Source of the DNA: Macrostomum lignano
Taxonomy: Eukaryota
NCBI GenBank assembly: GCA_002269645.1
Contig: NIVC01001512.1
Location: 1-64,000 of the forward strand
Direction of reading: 5' to 3'
Length of the DNA: 64,000 nucleotides
How positions within the stretch are numbered: the first letter of the stretch is position 1; every line of letters starts with the position of its first letter. The notes under the pieces were generated by a model. The model was not told the origin of the DNA and ran no database searches. It was given only the letters and a program-made list of their open reading frames with translations. Of this stretch, positions 22,453 through 35,274 are shown in pieces. The translations under genes and the position numbers were made by a program.

Positions 22453-23320
22453 TCGCTATTTTCTGAGAATTGAATAAACTTCTCATGAATTAATTCAAAA
22501 GCTGCTCAAGTGAACTAAGAATGATGAATTCACTGCAGAGACTACTGACGAAATTGAGTTCAGTAGTTGATTTTCGCGTTGTCGCAAGATGCTAAGTTTT
22601 TTTACATTAGCTTCTATGGCCATGTAAGCGGTTAATGAGTGGCCCATCTTGTGTATACTATATATGATCTTTTGGGTTTTACGACATCCGGTAATATGGA
22701 GACAATACATTTAAAACAAAAATTGCAAATAATTTAAGTATTGTAGTCTTTCTTTTACTTCGATCATGTAGCTTTAATTATTTGAATACTTGTATAAAAT
22801 GCATTGTACAAACTAAGAGCTTTAAGCACATAGATAAACACGTTAATTAAATATCGAATACGCCGTCGTCAGGTCTTTTTTCTTCTTATTCTTAAACAGG
22901 TTTGATTGGTCTGTGAGATTTATTCTCTTGCGATTTATTTTACTCATACCGGCGTCAAATGCATGCACACACTTTTATTTGCAGCCATATGAACTTACTT
23001 GAGTAAAGAGAATTTTTTAACAATACTGAGCTTATCTTGCCTTGCTTGTGTGCAATCCACTATACATATTACTCTTTCTAGAATACTAGACCTGAGACTG
23101 AGCGATAAGTTTTCAATCCAATCTGAATAATATATTGGGCTGGCTAGTAAAAAAAATTGAGCTAGGCCTGGCGAATCAATTTAAATAAGAAAGATATCTA
23201 CAGTCATAGCTATCTATTGAAAATATTGACTGATACATACATCTATAGTTTTTTTCTGACCTAAATCAAAAAGTTTTACCCAAAATTTAGTTGAACTTTG
23301 AAAAAAACTTCTTTAAGCAA

Positions 23321-26300
23321 ATGGGCCTCTGCAAGTGCCCCAAAAAGAAGGTCACCAATTTATTTTGCTTTGAACACCGTGTTAATGTTTGTGAGAATTG
23401 CCTAGTAGAAAATCATGGAAAGGTAGGTCTTATTATGAAGTAAATGCTTTGCTTTGAATTTTGCTCTATCTTTTTTTAATGTATTATTTAGTAGTCCCTA
23501 GGCATTTTATTAGCAGATTAGGCCCATAAATGTTATAAAAATTGATTTAATATTTGATAACATAAGTTAAATAGTTACTAGCTAGGCCTATCTAGGGTAT
23601 TAGTATTTTGCAGCCATATTAACAATAATACATCAAAATACTTATAATACATGATATCTATGGCTATGGCTAACTTTTTGGTATCTAAATTATAAATTAG
23701 AATTAGGCCTAGTCTATCTATTAGATATCAAAAATTAACATGTAGGCCTTGGCTCAATCTAAAAATATTAGCAATAGCATATACACCATAGTCCGGATCA
23801 TGTTGGCTGCACGCCGGAATAAAAATTATGAAAAAATTGTTCGCACACTAAGGATGCAGAGTTTTTTCAAATTGCATGCCAGAACACGCCAACGTTGCAC
23901 ATCAGGCTCATTCCATATAAGATGGACATATTTGGAAAATAGAAAAAAGTCAATATTTTTGCTTGCCATTGCCTAATTAGCCTATTTTTTTTACCAAATG
24001 TTTATATTGTGCAATATATACAATCTAAGAATAAAGGAATGGTAAAATGTTGGATTAGTATGTTATCAATTGGCAAAAAGTCATTTTTGTAAAAATTTGG
24101 ACATTTTTCGAAGCAAAAGACATCATTAAGATTTTGTACCTTTTAAAAACAAATAGAAAGCTTTTGAAGGTTGAAACAAACTATAGATAAAAGTATAGTA
24201 CTTGCATCATCAGATAAAAGCATTGGTGACCAAATAATCTATTATATTTTTAATGTATTAGTACCTCAAAGTTACTGAATTGACAGAAAAAAATATGTTA
24301 CGACCATAATGTTACGACCATAAGGCTGCCTTTTCTTTTGTATCTTTGTTGCCTTTTGAGTTTATATATTCTAATAAAAGAGTATGATTTCTAAAGATGT
24401 TCTTAGTCAAATTTTAAAAATGTATTGCAAAATATCAAAAATGAAAAATGTTATAAGACTTTTACCTTTTAGTTTCTATATGTCAAAAATCCTGTCATTA
24501 CGACCATAAGTGTCATTTAAGGTTTAATAGCATCTATACTAATGATGATATCTATATGAAACTCTATAAATATATTCTAGACAAAATAATCTTTCATTTA
24601 AAATATTGGTTTAGTATATTACTATTATTAGATTTCATTTTATAAGTAAAAATAACCTGTCATGTTACGACCATGCTTATATGGAATGAGCCATCAGATA
24701 GCGCCGATGAAGAGGCAGCTTGATAGAGACGTAACACATTTTTCACTTTATAGAGACAAACTTGCTTTTATTTTTGTATTTACCAAAAAGCAATATTAAA
24801 CAGAAAAAAAATTATTTATTTATACTATTTACAATCCAATTTACAAAACTTAAAATTGTTTTTACAGATAACAGAACATTTTGTTTTAGTCATGCAAAGT
24901 CCGTTATATAATTGGTTAATATTTATAATTGTACAATACAGATATATGAAACACATATTTGATCTCTTTTTTAATGCAATGTATGATTGCACGCTAAACC
25001 ATCGCCATCCATGCCATGCATGCCTTGCATGCCAAAGTGTACACCAACCCCTTAAAATATATGCCAATGCATGCCATGCATGCCAGCTGAAAGCAAATGC
25101 ATGCCGGAAAATTCTGGCATGCACTACATGATCCGGACTATGGCATATGCAAGGGGGAAAAGAGATTGGGGAGGGGCATAGCCCTGCTCCCAATTGCTTA
25201 GGAGATTAATAGAGGTCTATAGTATAGCTATAATTTAGAATATTGTGTATATACCCAATGTATACCCCACATTCTAGATCGTGTAATATATGCTAAAGAT
25301 GTTCCAAAAATTCATTTTCTATCAAAATCAAAATTTGATACTTTTTGAAATTGAAATCAAAATTTTCTAAAATTGAAATTTAGAAAAAAAATTTGTATAA
25401 CCAACACTCAATCATTTTTTACTTTAGCCTTATCAATAGATTTCTTTATCCTAGATCAAACAAAAGAGGCAATAGCAATGTTAAGCAGATATGACTACTT
25501 GGTTCTACTACAGGTAAAGCCAATAGAAATTTTGGAGTCAAGGGACATAGAAGCAAACAAGTCTGAGCATTTGTTCTTATTATTAAATAACTAACTTGAA
25601 GGTAGAGTTGAAGCCAGAGTACAATTTGTATAAATGCTTGAGTGGTATATTTTTTTAGAAAGTCAATGGTATTGATATATTGCAAAATGAAACATGTTAG
25701 CTGCAATACTTCTACTTTGAACATCTCCAATTCCCTATTTTCTAATGTATAAAAAGCTAAACATATATACCAGCTATTAATTCTATTAAAAAGATATTAA
25801 AAAACTTTGTAGCACCTAAAAGTAGTTAGATCTTATCTTATCCAGTCTTAGTATTAGTCCAGTCTTATCTACAGTGGCTACAGGACAGCGACTACAATCC
25901 AAATTGTACTTTGTGCAACCACAGCCTGCAAGACGAGGACTGCATTCGCCTAACTTGCTATGGTGGGTGTGTAGAAAATCAACTTCCCCATAGCCTAGCT
26001 GAAGCCATAACCTTAATTTTACGAGCTATGTAACTTTAGCTTAAACCAGGGGGTCTGTAAACTCTGGCACGCAAAGCCTCTATCCGGCCCTCGGGTCCTT
26101 TTGAAACTTCTCAATAGCAATCCAGTCTGCTCAATGTTTACATGTATATCTTACTCGTAGTCTAATCTCAAGATCTCTTCACTCTTCAGCTCCTTTCTCT
26201 TTTCTACTCTTTCGGGAGTTTAGGGAGTGAAATTAAAGGATTGCAAAAATTTGGGGCTGGTGAAAGCACCGCTACAAGAAAAGTCTTCAGCTCCCCGTGT

Positions 26301-27113
26301 ATGCGTCGAAAATAGTAATCGATTAAAATCAGTCCAGTTTTTTTTAATTTTGCTCATTTTTCCGGATTTCCAGACATATTTCACTGGCGCTGCCTTAACC
26401 AGATCATGCAGCGGTTGCCTAGCAACACTGCCCCGGCCGGCTACGAGTGTCCGATCTGCTCCCGTTCGGTCATACCGGCCGACAACGCCGCCGGTCCGGT
26501 AGTGGAAGGCATCCGAGCCAAACTGCGCGGCGCCACCTGGGCCCAGACCGCTCTGGGAGTGGTTTCCATGGCAACCCAACAGCAGCAGCAGGCGGCTGCT
26601 GAATCGCCGCCCGGAGCGGTGTCGCAGCGCCTGCCAACTGATAGCGTAGAGATGACCTCGGAGCGGAGCGCCGTTGTTGGCCACCTCGGCCACGGAGTCA
26701 GCAAAAAATCTGCCGGTGGCGGCGGCGGCGGCGGCGGCTTTCGAATGGCGCCGCCGCCGTCCACATACGGGCAGCAGCAGCAGCGGCAGCGAGACGTTGA
26801 CGAGAACAAATACGCCAGGCGGCCGGCCTTCACCTGGCTGGCTTGGGTGCTGCGCTCCGGCGCCACTGGCGGACCGTCGGCCAGCAGACGGGCGCCGCTG
26901 TCTCCCCGACGTCGCCTACTGCTAGTCGGCTTCTTGGTGTTCTTAGCCTCGTCGACTCTGCTCTATTTGATGTCGACTCTAGGGCGACAGGCGGCCGAGA
27001 GCGACCCGATGCTGCGGCCGGAGCTTAACCCCAACATCCGAGTGCAGCACCACGCCGCAGTGGTTGGCGGCGTCGACGGCGCTCGTGGCGGCTCCGCGCC
27101 AGAGGCTATTTAA
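23321..27113 (+). CDS. ZFPL1: Zinc finger protein-like 1; exons 23321-23422, ~25852-25962, 26374-27113 (exon 1/2 junction unresolved)
   Basis: Contains [34 protein letters not shown]; [20 protein letters not shown]...RLTCY|DIFHWRCL...[10 protein letters not shown]; a TM segment; and [14 protein letters not shown]. All are recognisable ZFPL1 motifs. Confidence 0.92.
23786..25143. mobile_element. Non-autonomous DNA element (outer), TIR ccatagtccggatcatgt, flanked by CA on both sides; in ZFPL1 intron 1
   Basis: 18-bp perfect inverted termini; gcatgcc subterminal repeats. Confidence 0.7.
23905..24692. mobile_element. Non-autonomous DNA element (inner, nested), TIR ggctcattccatataag, 4-bp TSD ATCA
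   Basis: 17-bp perfect TIRs; atca at 23901-04 and 24693-96; internal ttacgaccat motif x4. Confidence 0.78.
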
Positions 27114-29064
27114 GCATTGAGGTGCAGTGCTTGTTTCTTTGCTTACATTAGCAACAGGCCAAGGACAACTGGTAATAAGACGCGGCTCAAAGCTAGTTCT
27201 CGTCGCTATGAGGCTGACCTACAAATATTAGGTTAGGTAGATTGCAGCACACCATTGCCATTCTTCGTCATATTCAGAGACAGAACTTCTGTTGTTGAAA
27301 TTTATTTCTTGTTGGATGTATTTGTTTTCTTTAATTTTAATGCTGAACTTTTTCTTTATTTGTTTATGGTAAAAACTTGACAATGTACTGTACATCATTG
27401 GAACCCGATAAGGTAGGATTTATTCATTGGTCGCGTAAAAAGGTTATTATTTTTTTTCTATCTTTATTCTATTGTAGAAAGGACCGCTAAAAATAAAACG
27501 ACGGTATACTCACTCAGTTTCTTGGAATTTTTTTGAAAATTCACTTACTTGAGCGACGGCCGACGCATACTACTTGATGAATGCTGAATATTCACTTGGT
27601 TAGCTATTCATTACACATTTAAGCACTGTTTGCATCATTAAAGTTTGTAGAAGAATAAAATTATTACGTTGGTGTTAATTTAATTATATTATAAATACAC
27701 TGTCTCGCTGTGTATTCCGTTTTTGTATACTTTAAGGTTCCGGATGCATAAAAGTGTCATCATGCTTCTTCACCTCGACGTGTTCATTCAAAACATTTTG
27801 TCTATTAAAACAAGTAAGAACAAGTATTGATTTTTTTCGAGCGCAGATAAAAATATTTTAAATTATGTGCATATATTTATCTTACACGGTTCTGTCGGCT
27901 TTATTTTTAGACTAGAATAAAAGTACACACAAGCCGACTCGAAAAATAACATAAATCTAAGCAACAAAACTTGCGCTTGTTAGGGTAAATCTGTCAGATA
28001 TGAGCACATATATAAAAGTGTTAACGAATAAGCAGTGCAAAGTTAAAGTAAGACATGATCATCATCAGAATGCCAGGTTGTGTAAGACCGCCCCATGCCA
28101 GGTCAAATAAAAATATTACAAATCTGGGCCAGTTTCCGCGCATCCTGATTGGCTGGCTGGCAAGAAAATTATCAATCGACTGCTCGGACATTTGCTGCCA
28201 AACATCAGAAAGAAACATGTTGCAAATCTGGTTCATGCTGAAATGTAAAAATAAATATAGATTACAGCATTAGTACGACTTTTGACTTCCAATATTGGAA
28301 GTCATATTGGAAGTCAATATACCAATATTCCAATATACGACTATATTGGATGTATAGTTCAGTAAAACCCATATTTAAAAAAATTAAGAATATATAATCA
28401 AGAAAACGAGCTGCTTTCAATTGATTCCACATGGTCTGTACTCTTTACGAGTGTTTAGCTAAGTGGAGCATAAGGTTAAAAGATAAAGATGACATAGTAA
28501 ACTATTTTGATAAAGTTATTATATAGTCTTCATATTTTCATCTACCGATGTATATAGATGCATTTAAGAGTGCTTCAAACTTTCAATGCATTGCTACGTA
28601 TTATCGTGTCTAGCTGGCATCAAATTAATAACCAATTTAGAGTAGCTCGTATATAACTTAACTTTTACAAAAGCTACACTCACGGACATTGAAGAGAATC
28701 CACCCTGATCTAGTGAGCCATTTCTCTCCGATCGCAACTGCAAGTTACGCAACTGGCATCCTGCGCAGGGAACGGTATTATTCAATAGCACACTATAGTG
28801 CAATTGGAATTGTGGATTGGATTCCCTAATAATTCTATTGAATATATGAATTTCATTATAGCAGGGGCTCGCAAACGTTTTTTACCTCAAGGGCCAGATA
28901 AAGAATCCATCTCATGGCCGCGGGCCAGATGAAAATAAAAAGGAGAGAGAATAGATGATGAGGAATGAGAAAAGATAATGGGGAGGAGAGGTGAGAGATG
29001 CGATGAGAGAAAAAACAGATAAGGAGAGAAGAGGGAAGAGGAGAGGAGAGAAGAGGGCCCCTTT

Positions 29065-29893
29065 TTGAGCTTTTTCGTGGCTGCTCGAAAGTTTTACGTC
29101 GAGTTGACCAGTCGTCTTGTTTCCTATTTGCCGCTGCACAACAAACTGCTTCGTGCACTGCAGTTTGTCGATCCTAAGTATTTGCTGTCAGTGTCTGAAG
29201 AATTTAACATCGACATAAGCATTTTGCGCGTTGGTAGGGCCCTCACGACAGTGGTTCCTACTGAACGACTTGACGATCTTCGTTTGGAGGTGGCGAAGCT
29301 TCGCGCCTGCTGCCCTGATGTCTTTAATGTATCTGCAGGCATGACACCCGAAGAATTCTGGGCCACTTTGTCCACCGACGTCTTCCCATATCTGCCCTTG
29401 GTCGCGCTGCTTGCTGTATCCCTCGCGGAAATGCCGACACGCTTCTTACGAAGCAAAGAAAAAACTGTCTAATTTTACCCTCGACTCGCTTCTGGCCATC
29501 AAAGTGTGGCTTAAGGCCAACAGCTGGCGATCATCAACGGTTGCAATCGGGCCAGCCCTCGTAGCTGACGGCTTCAAAGCAAAAGCGAAGGCCGATGCAC
29601 GAGCTCGTGCAAAGCAGCAAACAGTAATGGCACGAATCCAAGAACAGTTCGATTCTATGCAGCGTGGCCAGGCCGAACGTGAAAAAGCTGACGAGGAGCG
29701 AGAGCGGCGAAGGAATGCGGAACAGGTGCAGGCTGAGCAGCACAAAATTGACGAGGCGCGTAAAAAAGCCCGGGAAATCATTCTGGCAGCAGGGAAGGCC
29801 CAGGCTCAGCTTCGCAAGCGGATGAGTTCAAGCAGCAACAGCAAGACCGGCGGCAGTGGCTTAAACGCACCCGCTCCCAAAAAGCGCAAGTAG
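29065..29893 (+). pseudogene. hAT transposase C-terminal remnant (frameshift/deletion near 29420-29450) with a charged coiled-coil-like tail
   Basis: RKFY...LPLHNKLLRALQFVDP, EEFWATL..VFPYLPLVALLAVSL, then in another frame KKKLSNFTLDSLLAIK. The expected PxSxAxxERxFS motif is missing. Confidence 0.72.
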
Positions 29894-30738
29894 AAGAATA
29901 GAGAATCAATTTACCACTTCCCGTTCCCATCGTAGTGCCAATTGCAATAATTTTTACCTTATCGCCATGAGTGTTTTACATGTACGTTTTTCTTCGCTTA
30001 AGCAGCCTGTCTGCTTCTGTCTTGTTAAGTCGAAATAGGCCCCTATTTGAACTTCTTAAACTTCAAATAAAATATGAATAACTCAACATCCGAGCCGATG
30101 GCAGAAGTGTGCAGCACAGTGATGACTATGTGGAGAAGCCTCAGGACAATGTTGATGAACTTTGACTGTTCTTTCCTCAGCTTTCATGTTGCGAGTGTTG
30201 AGTTGATTCGTTGAATGTTTCGTTGTTTCGTGCATCAGGTACAAAGCTTTGGTCTATGACAATTTGTAGAAGTAGCACAGGGGGTGGGGCAGAAAAGTGC
30301 TCATACTCAAGAATGCCAGCAGATACAGAAATAACCAGAAAGTCATTTTAACGGGCAGATAACTCTCTTTTCAACTGCAACAGACTTAATATTTCTGATC
30401 GGTCAGAAAAGGCTGTAGTGAAGAAATTGCATCGACTTTTGGGACACCCATCGTACCTAGTTTTACTGTGTTCAAATGATATTAGTTGTTTGATTTTGCC
30501 TGCGCTATTTTTTTCGTGCCGCGCTAATTATTTCTTGTAATTTTTGGTGGTCACACTGAAGAGGGAAGAGAGGAGAGAAAAGAGAAGGGGAGAGAGGAGA
30601 GAAGAGGAGAGAGAGAGAGAGAAGAGATGGGAGAAGAGGTAAGAGAAGAGAGCAGAGAAGAGACACCAACATTGAGAGGTCAGGATTGCTATTTTGAAGT
30701 TCAGAGAGGCTTCGCAGGACGCATGTGGCCCCCAGGCC

Positions 30739-30908
30739 CAGTGGCGGATCCAGGATTTTGAAAGTAGGGGGGCGGATTGGCTTAAATTTTTGGGTCAGCC
30801 CTAAATAGGCCCAAAATAAGCCTAAAATTGCAATACTCCCCCCTTACATGCAAGTTCAGCCATGGCAAAAGAAGGGGGGCCGCCCCCCCCCCGCCAGATC
30901 CGCCACTG
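30739..30908. mobile_element. hAT-type MITE nested in the 3' subterminal region of the hAT element
   Basis: TIRs cagtggcggatc / gatccgccactg; TSD cccaggcc / cccgggcc (7/8 match). Confidence 0.82.
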
Positions 30909-30999
30909 CCCGGGCCGGAGTTCGCCGACCCCTGAATTATAGTGTGCGATTCCATTGAAGAATTGCGTTAGCATTCAAACAGAAGGCCGGCTGTCATTA

Positions 31000-32560
31000 T
31001 TGGGAAGTTTATGGATTCCTGAAAATAATGCTTGACTATGCACCCTACTCTGTGTTAATTGGACTATACAGTCTGCACACTATATCCAATGCAGTTCAAC
31101 ATGCATGTGATGATGCATTTGGCAGAGACATAGAGGACTTCGTTGACAATGTATACATCTACTTTCAAACAGCAAAGAGATGGACACGATATCAGCAAGT
31201 CGAAACGAGATGGGTGCAGCTTCTACCTGTTGTTACTAAGGCTTATTGATCAATAGTATTCTCCCAAAGGATTCTCTTATAAAGATCCATCTCAGATTGA
31301 TCAAAAGAGTAAAAAGATGAAAGATATTTCTAAGTATCGAAAGTCTGAACAGACACTACTCGACTTAAAATTTCTGGCTGCTGTCTTGCCGCATCTGTAC
31401 CAATGTGAGAAGACTTGAAGCACTTTTTCCTACATCCGTGCATTCTACTGTGATCTTGCATTGTATGCTCATACATGCTAACATGCAAGATAATTTACCT
31501 TTATCTAATCCAGTGTTGCCACTTCGGAGGAAATTGGAGGAAAAGAAGGAAACTTTGAGGCCTGGAGAAAATTTTGCCATTCTAAAATTCCAAATTTTGC
31601 TCCTAGTATTTTTGTGAATTGAGAGGAAAACTGTTTCTTTTCTTATAGTGGTGTATATATTATTAAGTTATTGAATTTGAAGAAACTGCTAATGTATCTA
31701 ATATAGATAATTCTGTATTTTTCCATTATTTATTAATACTATTCATATATAATACTATCCTGGCAAAATGCATATTTATGCAGCAGAATCTATTTTCCTC
31801 CATGCTAGACGTTTTTATGAAACTTTGACTGCTTGTCCTAAAGCTGTATCTTCCACTTACTAGCAAGATTATTTGTGCTCTGCAGTTTCTCACACATTAA
31901 AGCCAGCTGAAGTCTCTCTCAAAGAGTTCATTGTGAAAGTTGTTTTAGGCTGCCAAGTCATTCCTACTATTATTTTGCTTGTTTCCATTTATGCCTAGTG
32001 GGATGAGTGCCCGCAACTGTTTGTTGCTTCCTGACACTCCCATTGTAGGGAACTTCTAGGCTGAAGTTTCAAAGATGATATATGGAATAGGCGCCCAGAT
32101 CTTCCCTCTACTTTGCCAGCCTGCAGTGGCGTGCCTCACCCTACCACTTGGCAATAGTGACAGTGAGCGGGCATTTTCTAATTTGGTGAACATCCTAACA
32201 AAGAAATGCAATTGTTTGTCTAAGCGACATGATTGAAGCAACCTTGCAAGTCAAATACTCCTTGCAAATTAATGAAAAAAATTGCAGGGACTTTGGTTTC
32301 AACAATTCTCTGCTTGTTGCTGCTCATACTACTTTGTACTCCTTACAGGTGGAAGCTGATATTCAGAAGAGGCAAGACAAAGAAGAAGCCCTATGCCAAC
32401 GCCAGTAGGCAGAGAAGTAGAAACTTGAGGAAGAGAAGTAAAAAGAAAAAGAACTGGAAGCAAAGGAGACAGCAGCAGCTGATATGCTGAAGGCGTACCA
32501 AGAAGCCACAAAGAACACCTAGGATAAGCAAAAGAAGCTAAGCAACTCAAAAGACAGAAG
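31000..32560 (+). pseudogene. Heavily decayed hAT-family transposase
   Basis: Fragments LHTISNAVQHAC...VYIYFQTAKRW...VETRW (31.05-31.2 kb), LKFLAAVLPHL (31.37 kb) and QIFPLLCQPAVACLTLPLGNSDSERAFSNLVNILTKK (32.10-32.21 kb, dimerisation motif); many stops and frameshifts. Confidence 0.72.
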
Positions 32561-33179
32561 TAATTAACTCTTAGTAAATACTAAATAGCACCTTTCAATG
32601 CTGCGATAATCTGCTAGTTTGAGACCTTTGCCAATAATTCTTAGTGCATTATTTTAACTATCATTTTCCCATATGCAATAGTTTGGTTTTGAAATTTGTG
32701 TAGTACTTAATATTGTAGCATTTTTAATCTATTAGAGCTTTTGAGCAGTTAATTTAATCCCTTATGCTAAATGAGTCAATGACTACATTAGCAGCCTTGG
32801 GCATATGTCTGATTTTAAGTTAATTAGCCTTGTTAATTATTGTTAATTTCTTTATTTGTACCTGCTTTGCTTTATTTGAACTATGTACTAGTTTTCATGA
32901 GCTTGCAAGTGACAAAAATGAACATGCTAAGAATAGTGATGCAGCCACATTTTAGCTTCAAGTGTTAGCACTAGAGTTTGGTGGTGAAAATGGTACATTA
33001 ATCAGACTAGCTTTAGATACTCTAAGAATTATGTGCTTAACTTATTTGTCTAACCTACTAACAAAAAAATGCAACAAGCTGGGTGAGCTATCGATTGATG
33101 CATGTTGTTTGACATTACATCTGCCAATCAAGACTTGCTGGTATAGAGCCTATAACTGGTGAAAGCTACTTACTGATTA

Positions 33180-33600
33180 TATGTTCAATATACTATTAAG
33201 AGTCAGCCAAACTTTCATGGACTTTCTCTTTTTATTGCTACACTTGCAGATCCATAAGATGAAATTCTAAACAAACATAAGACAATCAAAGGAAACAAAA
33301 TAAATAAATAAGAGTGAGAGGTCCAATGGTGTAGTTAAGGCACCTTTTAATTGGCTATTTATTCATTCTTGCCTTTTTCTTCAATCAGGCACTCCATCTC
33401 TCCTTGTCTAATCTTGCACTCAACCCCATCCCTAATTAAATGCCTCAGTGCCACTGGACCTCAGACTTTTGTTTATTAATTTTTATTGTCTTGTGTTTGT
33501 TTAGAATATCCTCTCATGGCTTTGCAAATGGAGCAATAAAGAGAGAAACTCTATGAAAGTTTTGGCTGACTGAATCAAAAGGGCTTTGTTGAATATAAAA
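33180..33600. mobile_element. Old degenerate inverted-repeat (MITE-like) element
   Basis: gtcagccaaactttcat...ttctaaacaaacataagacaat is inverted relative to attgtcttgtgtttgtttagaa...atgaaagttttggctgac. Confidence 0.5.
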
Positions 33601-35274
33601 GAGAGAGTATCAAAATTGAATTTCCACAAGCAGTGTGTTCTCTAGACAGTGTCTAAATTTATATTCTAATTGTTTGAATTGAAAGGGAGTTTGATCAAAA
33701 TAGGTCTAAAATGGTGTAGGCCCCTATATAGTATAAACTTTATACATCAATTTGCCAAATGAATCTGAATTAATTAGGCCCATTAGCTATTGCCCCTATC
33801 TGCAATTGGACTATCCTGTGTTGCAAAAAAACATGACAAACAAAATCAGAGCAGTTTAGCAGTTTAAAAGGTTAATAAAAAAGGCATATCATATTTTAGG
33901 CCAACTTTACAACCTTAACTCTTTTATTATCATCTATCAGACTGGTTGGCAAACAATAAAATGCAGTCAAAACCATAATTAAATTGCTAGCCTACTGTGC
34001 AAAGGGTTATAAAACTTTTAAACTTTATTGTGAATATGTATATACCCTGATACCCTGATCAGTGATAGTGTAAAAAGTTAAAAAATAAAGGAAGTTGAAC
34101 TTTTATGAGATAACATTGATTAAAACAAATTATAATAGTTTTCTTGATTGACCTGGCTAAAGGAAATATATTAAATTTAATACTACTCTTAAGATATATT
34201 TATTTAGATACAAATATAATAGTAATGTGTAGTGTTGGTTTGATCTCTTAAATTATGGTATTCAGATGGTATTTATGGTATTTATCTTGTTCTAATAAAT
34301 AATATAGATAATAAAGATTTTGAATGTAAACAATTGTAGGATGTCATATTGCAGTCGCAGAATAATTGTCTTTATTTGATTAGAACAAGATGTATGATTG
34401 TATGATTGTATTGTATTACGACACGAAGATTTGTTTCTCAGAAATAAATTATTTAAATATCTGAAAAAAGTTGTTTGCTTAAACAAATAATTTTTAAGCT
34501 TGTGTTACGAAAGTTATTAGTAGTAGTAAAGTAAGTGGCTGGAGCAAGCAGATTGCTTAGCTTATTCAGTTTGACATATTCTTTTTAATAACATCCAGGA
34601 AAGTTTGCAGATGTTTTCACCATAGAAACGATCGAGCGTGCGAAAAAAAATTGAAACAGTGCCGACGGCACGAAAATTGTTTTGTTTGTTTTTCTTATTA
34701 TTTAAACGGGGTGTTAGCTTTTTCCAGCGCGGATCAGCCCTAAGATTGGGCTCTGTCGCAGAATAAAATGATGAGTCCTCCAAGAGGAAAGCTCGGGTCC
34801 GCCTGAATTGGTTCCCTATAGCTATATAGTACATGTGGCGCCTAGCTCTGATGGGCTATAACCATGACGGAGCCCATAGGGTTTATGGTTGCCTTAACTG
34901 CAAAGCTCAATTATTATTTGCAAGACTTGGCTCCGCCAACTCGCTTTGTCTCACGATCTCCAAAGAGATAACCCATGTCGGGTGCAAACTACCCATCAGG
35001 CAGGGTCGACCCTATAGTAGGCGCGGGCACAAAGAGCCCATCGAGATCAAGATCGAGAGTCGATGTCGGTATCAAGCCGTCAGTCTCCTTCTTGGGAAAA
35101 TTTGTTTGACGATGGTTTGGTAATTCATAGAATTCTAGATACAAACCATAAAAACCCTTGGTGAGAGCAATTGATAAGTTGACACAAGGGCGGTCGTACA
35201 TGTATTAAACTTCCATAGCTTTTGCTCCCCTTGGGTTATTTGTTTATATATTTTACCTCAGTTTTAGTTTGTAC

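Larger units (their letters stand above)
28862..30934 (+). mobile_element. Internally deleted hAT (Charlie/Buster-like ends) DNA transposon
   Basis: TIRs caggggctcgcaaac / gttcgccgacccctg; TSD cattatag / aattatag (7/8 match); gggcc subterminal motifs; transposase C-terminal remnant inside. Confidence 0.82.
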
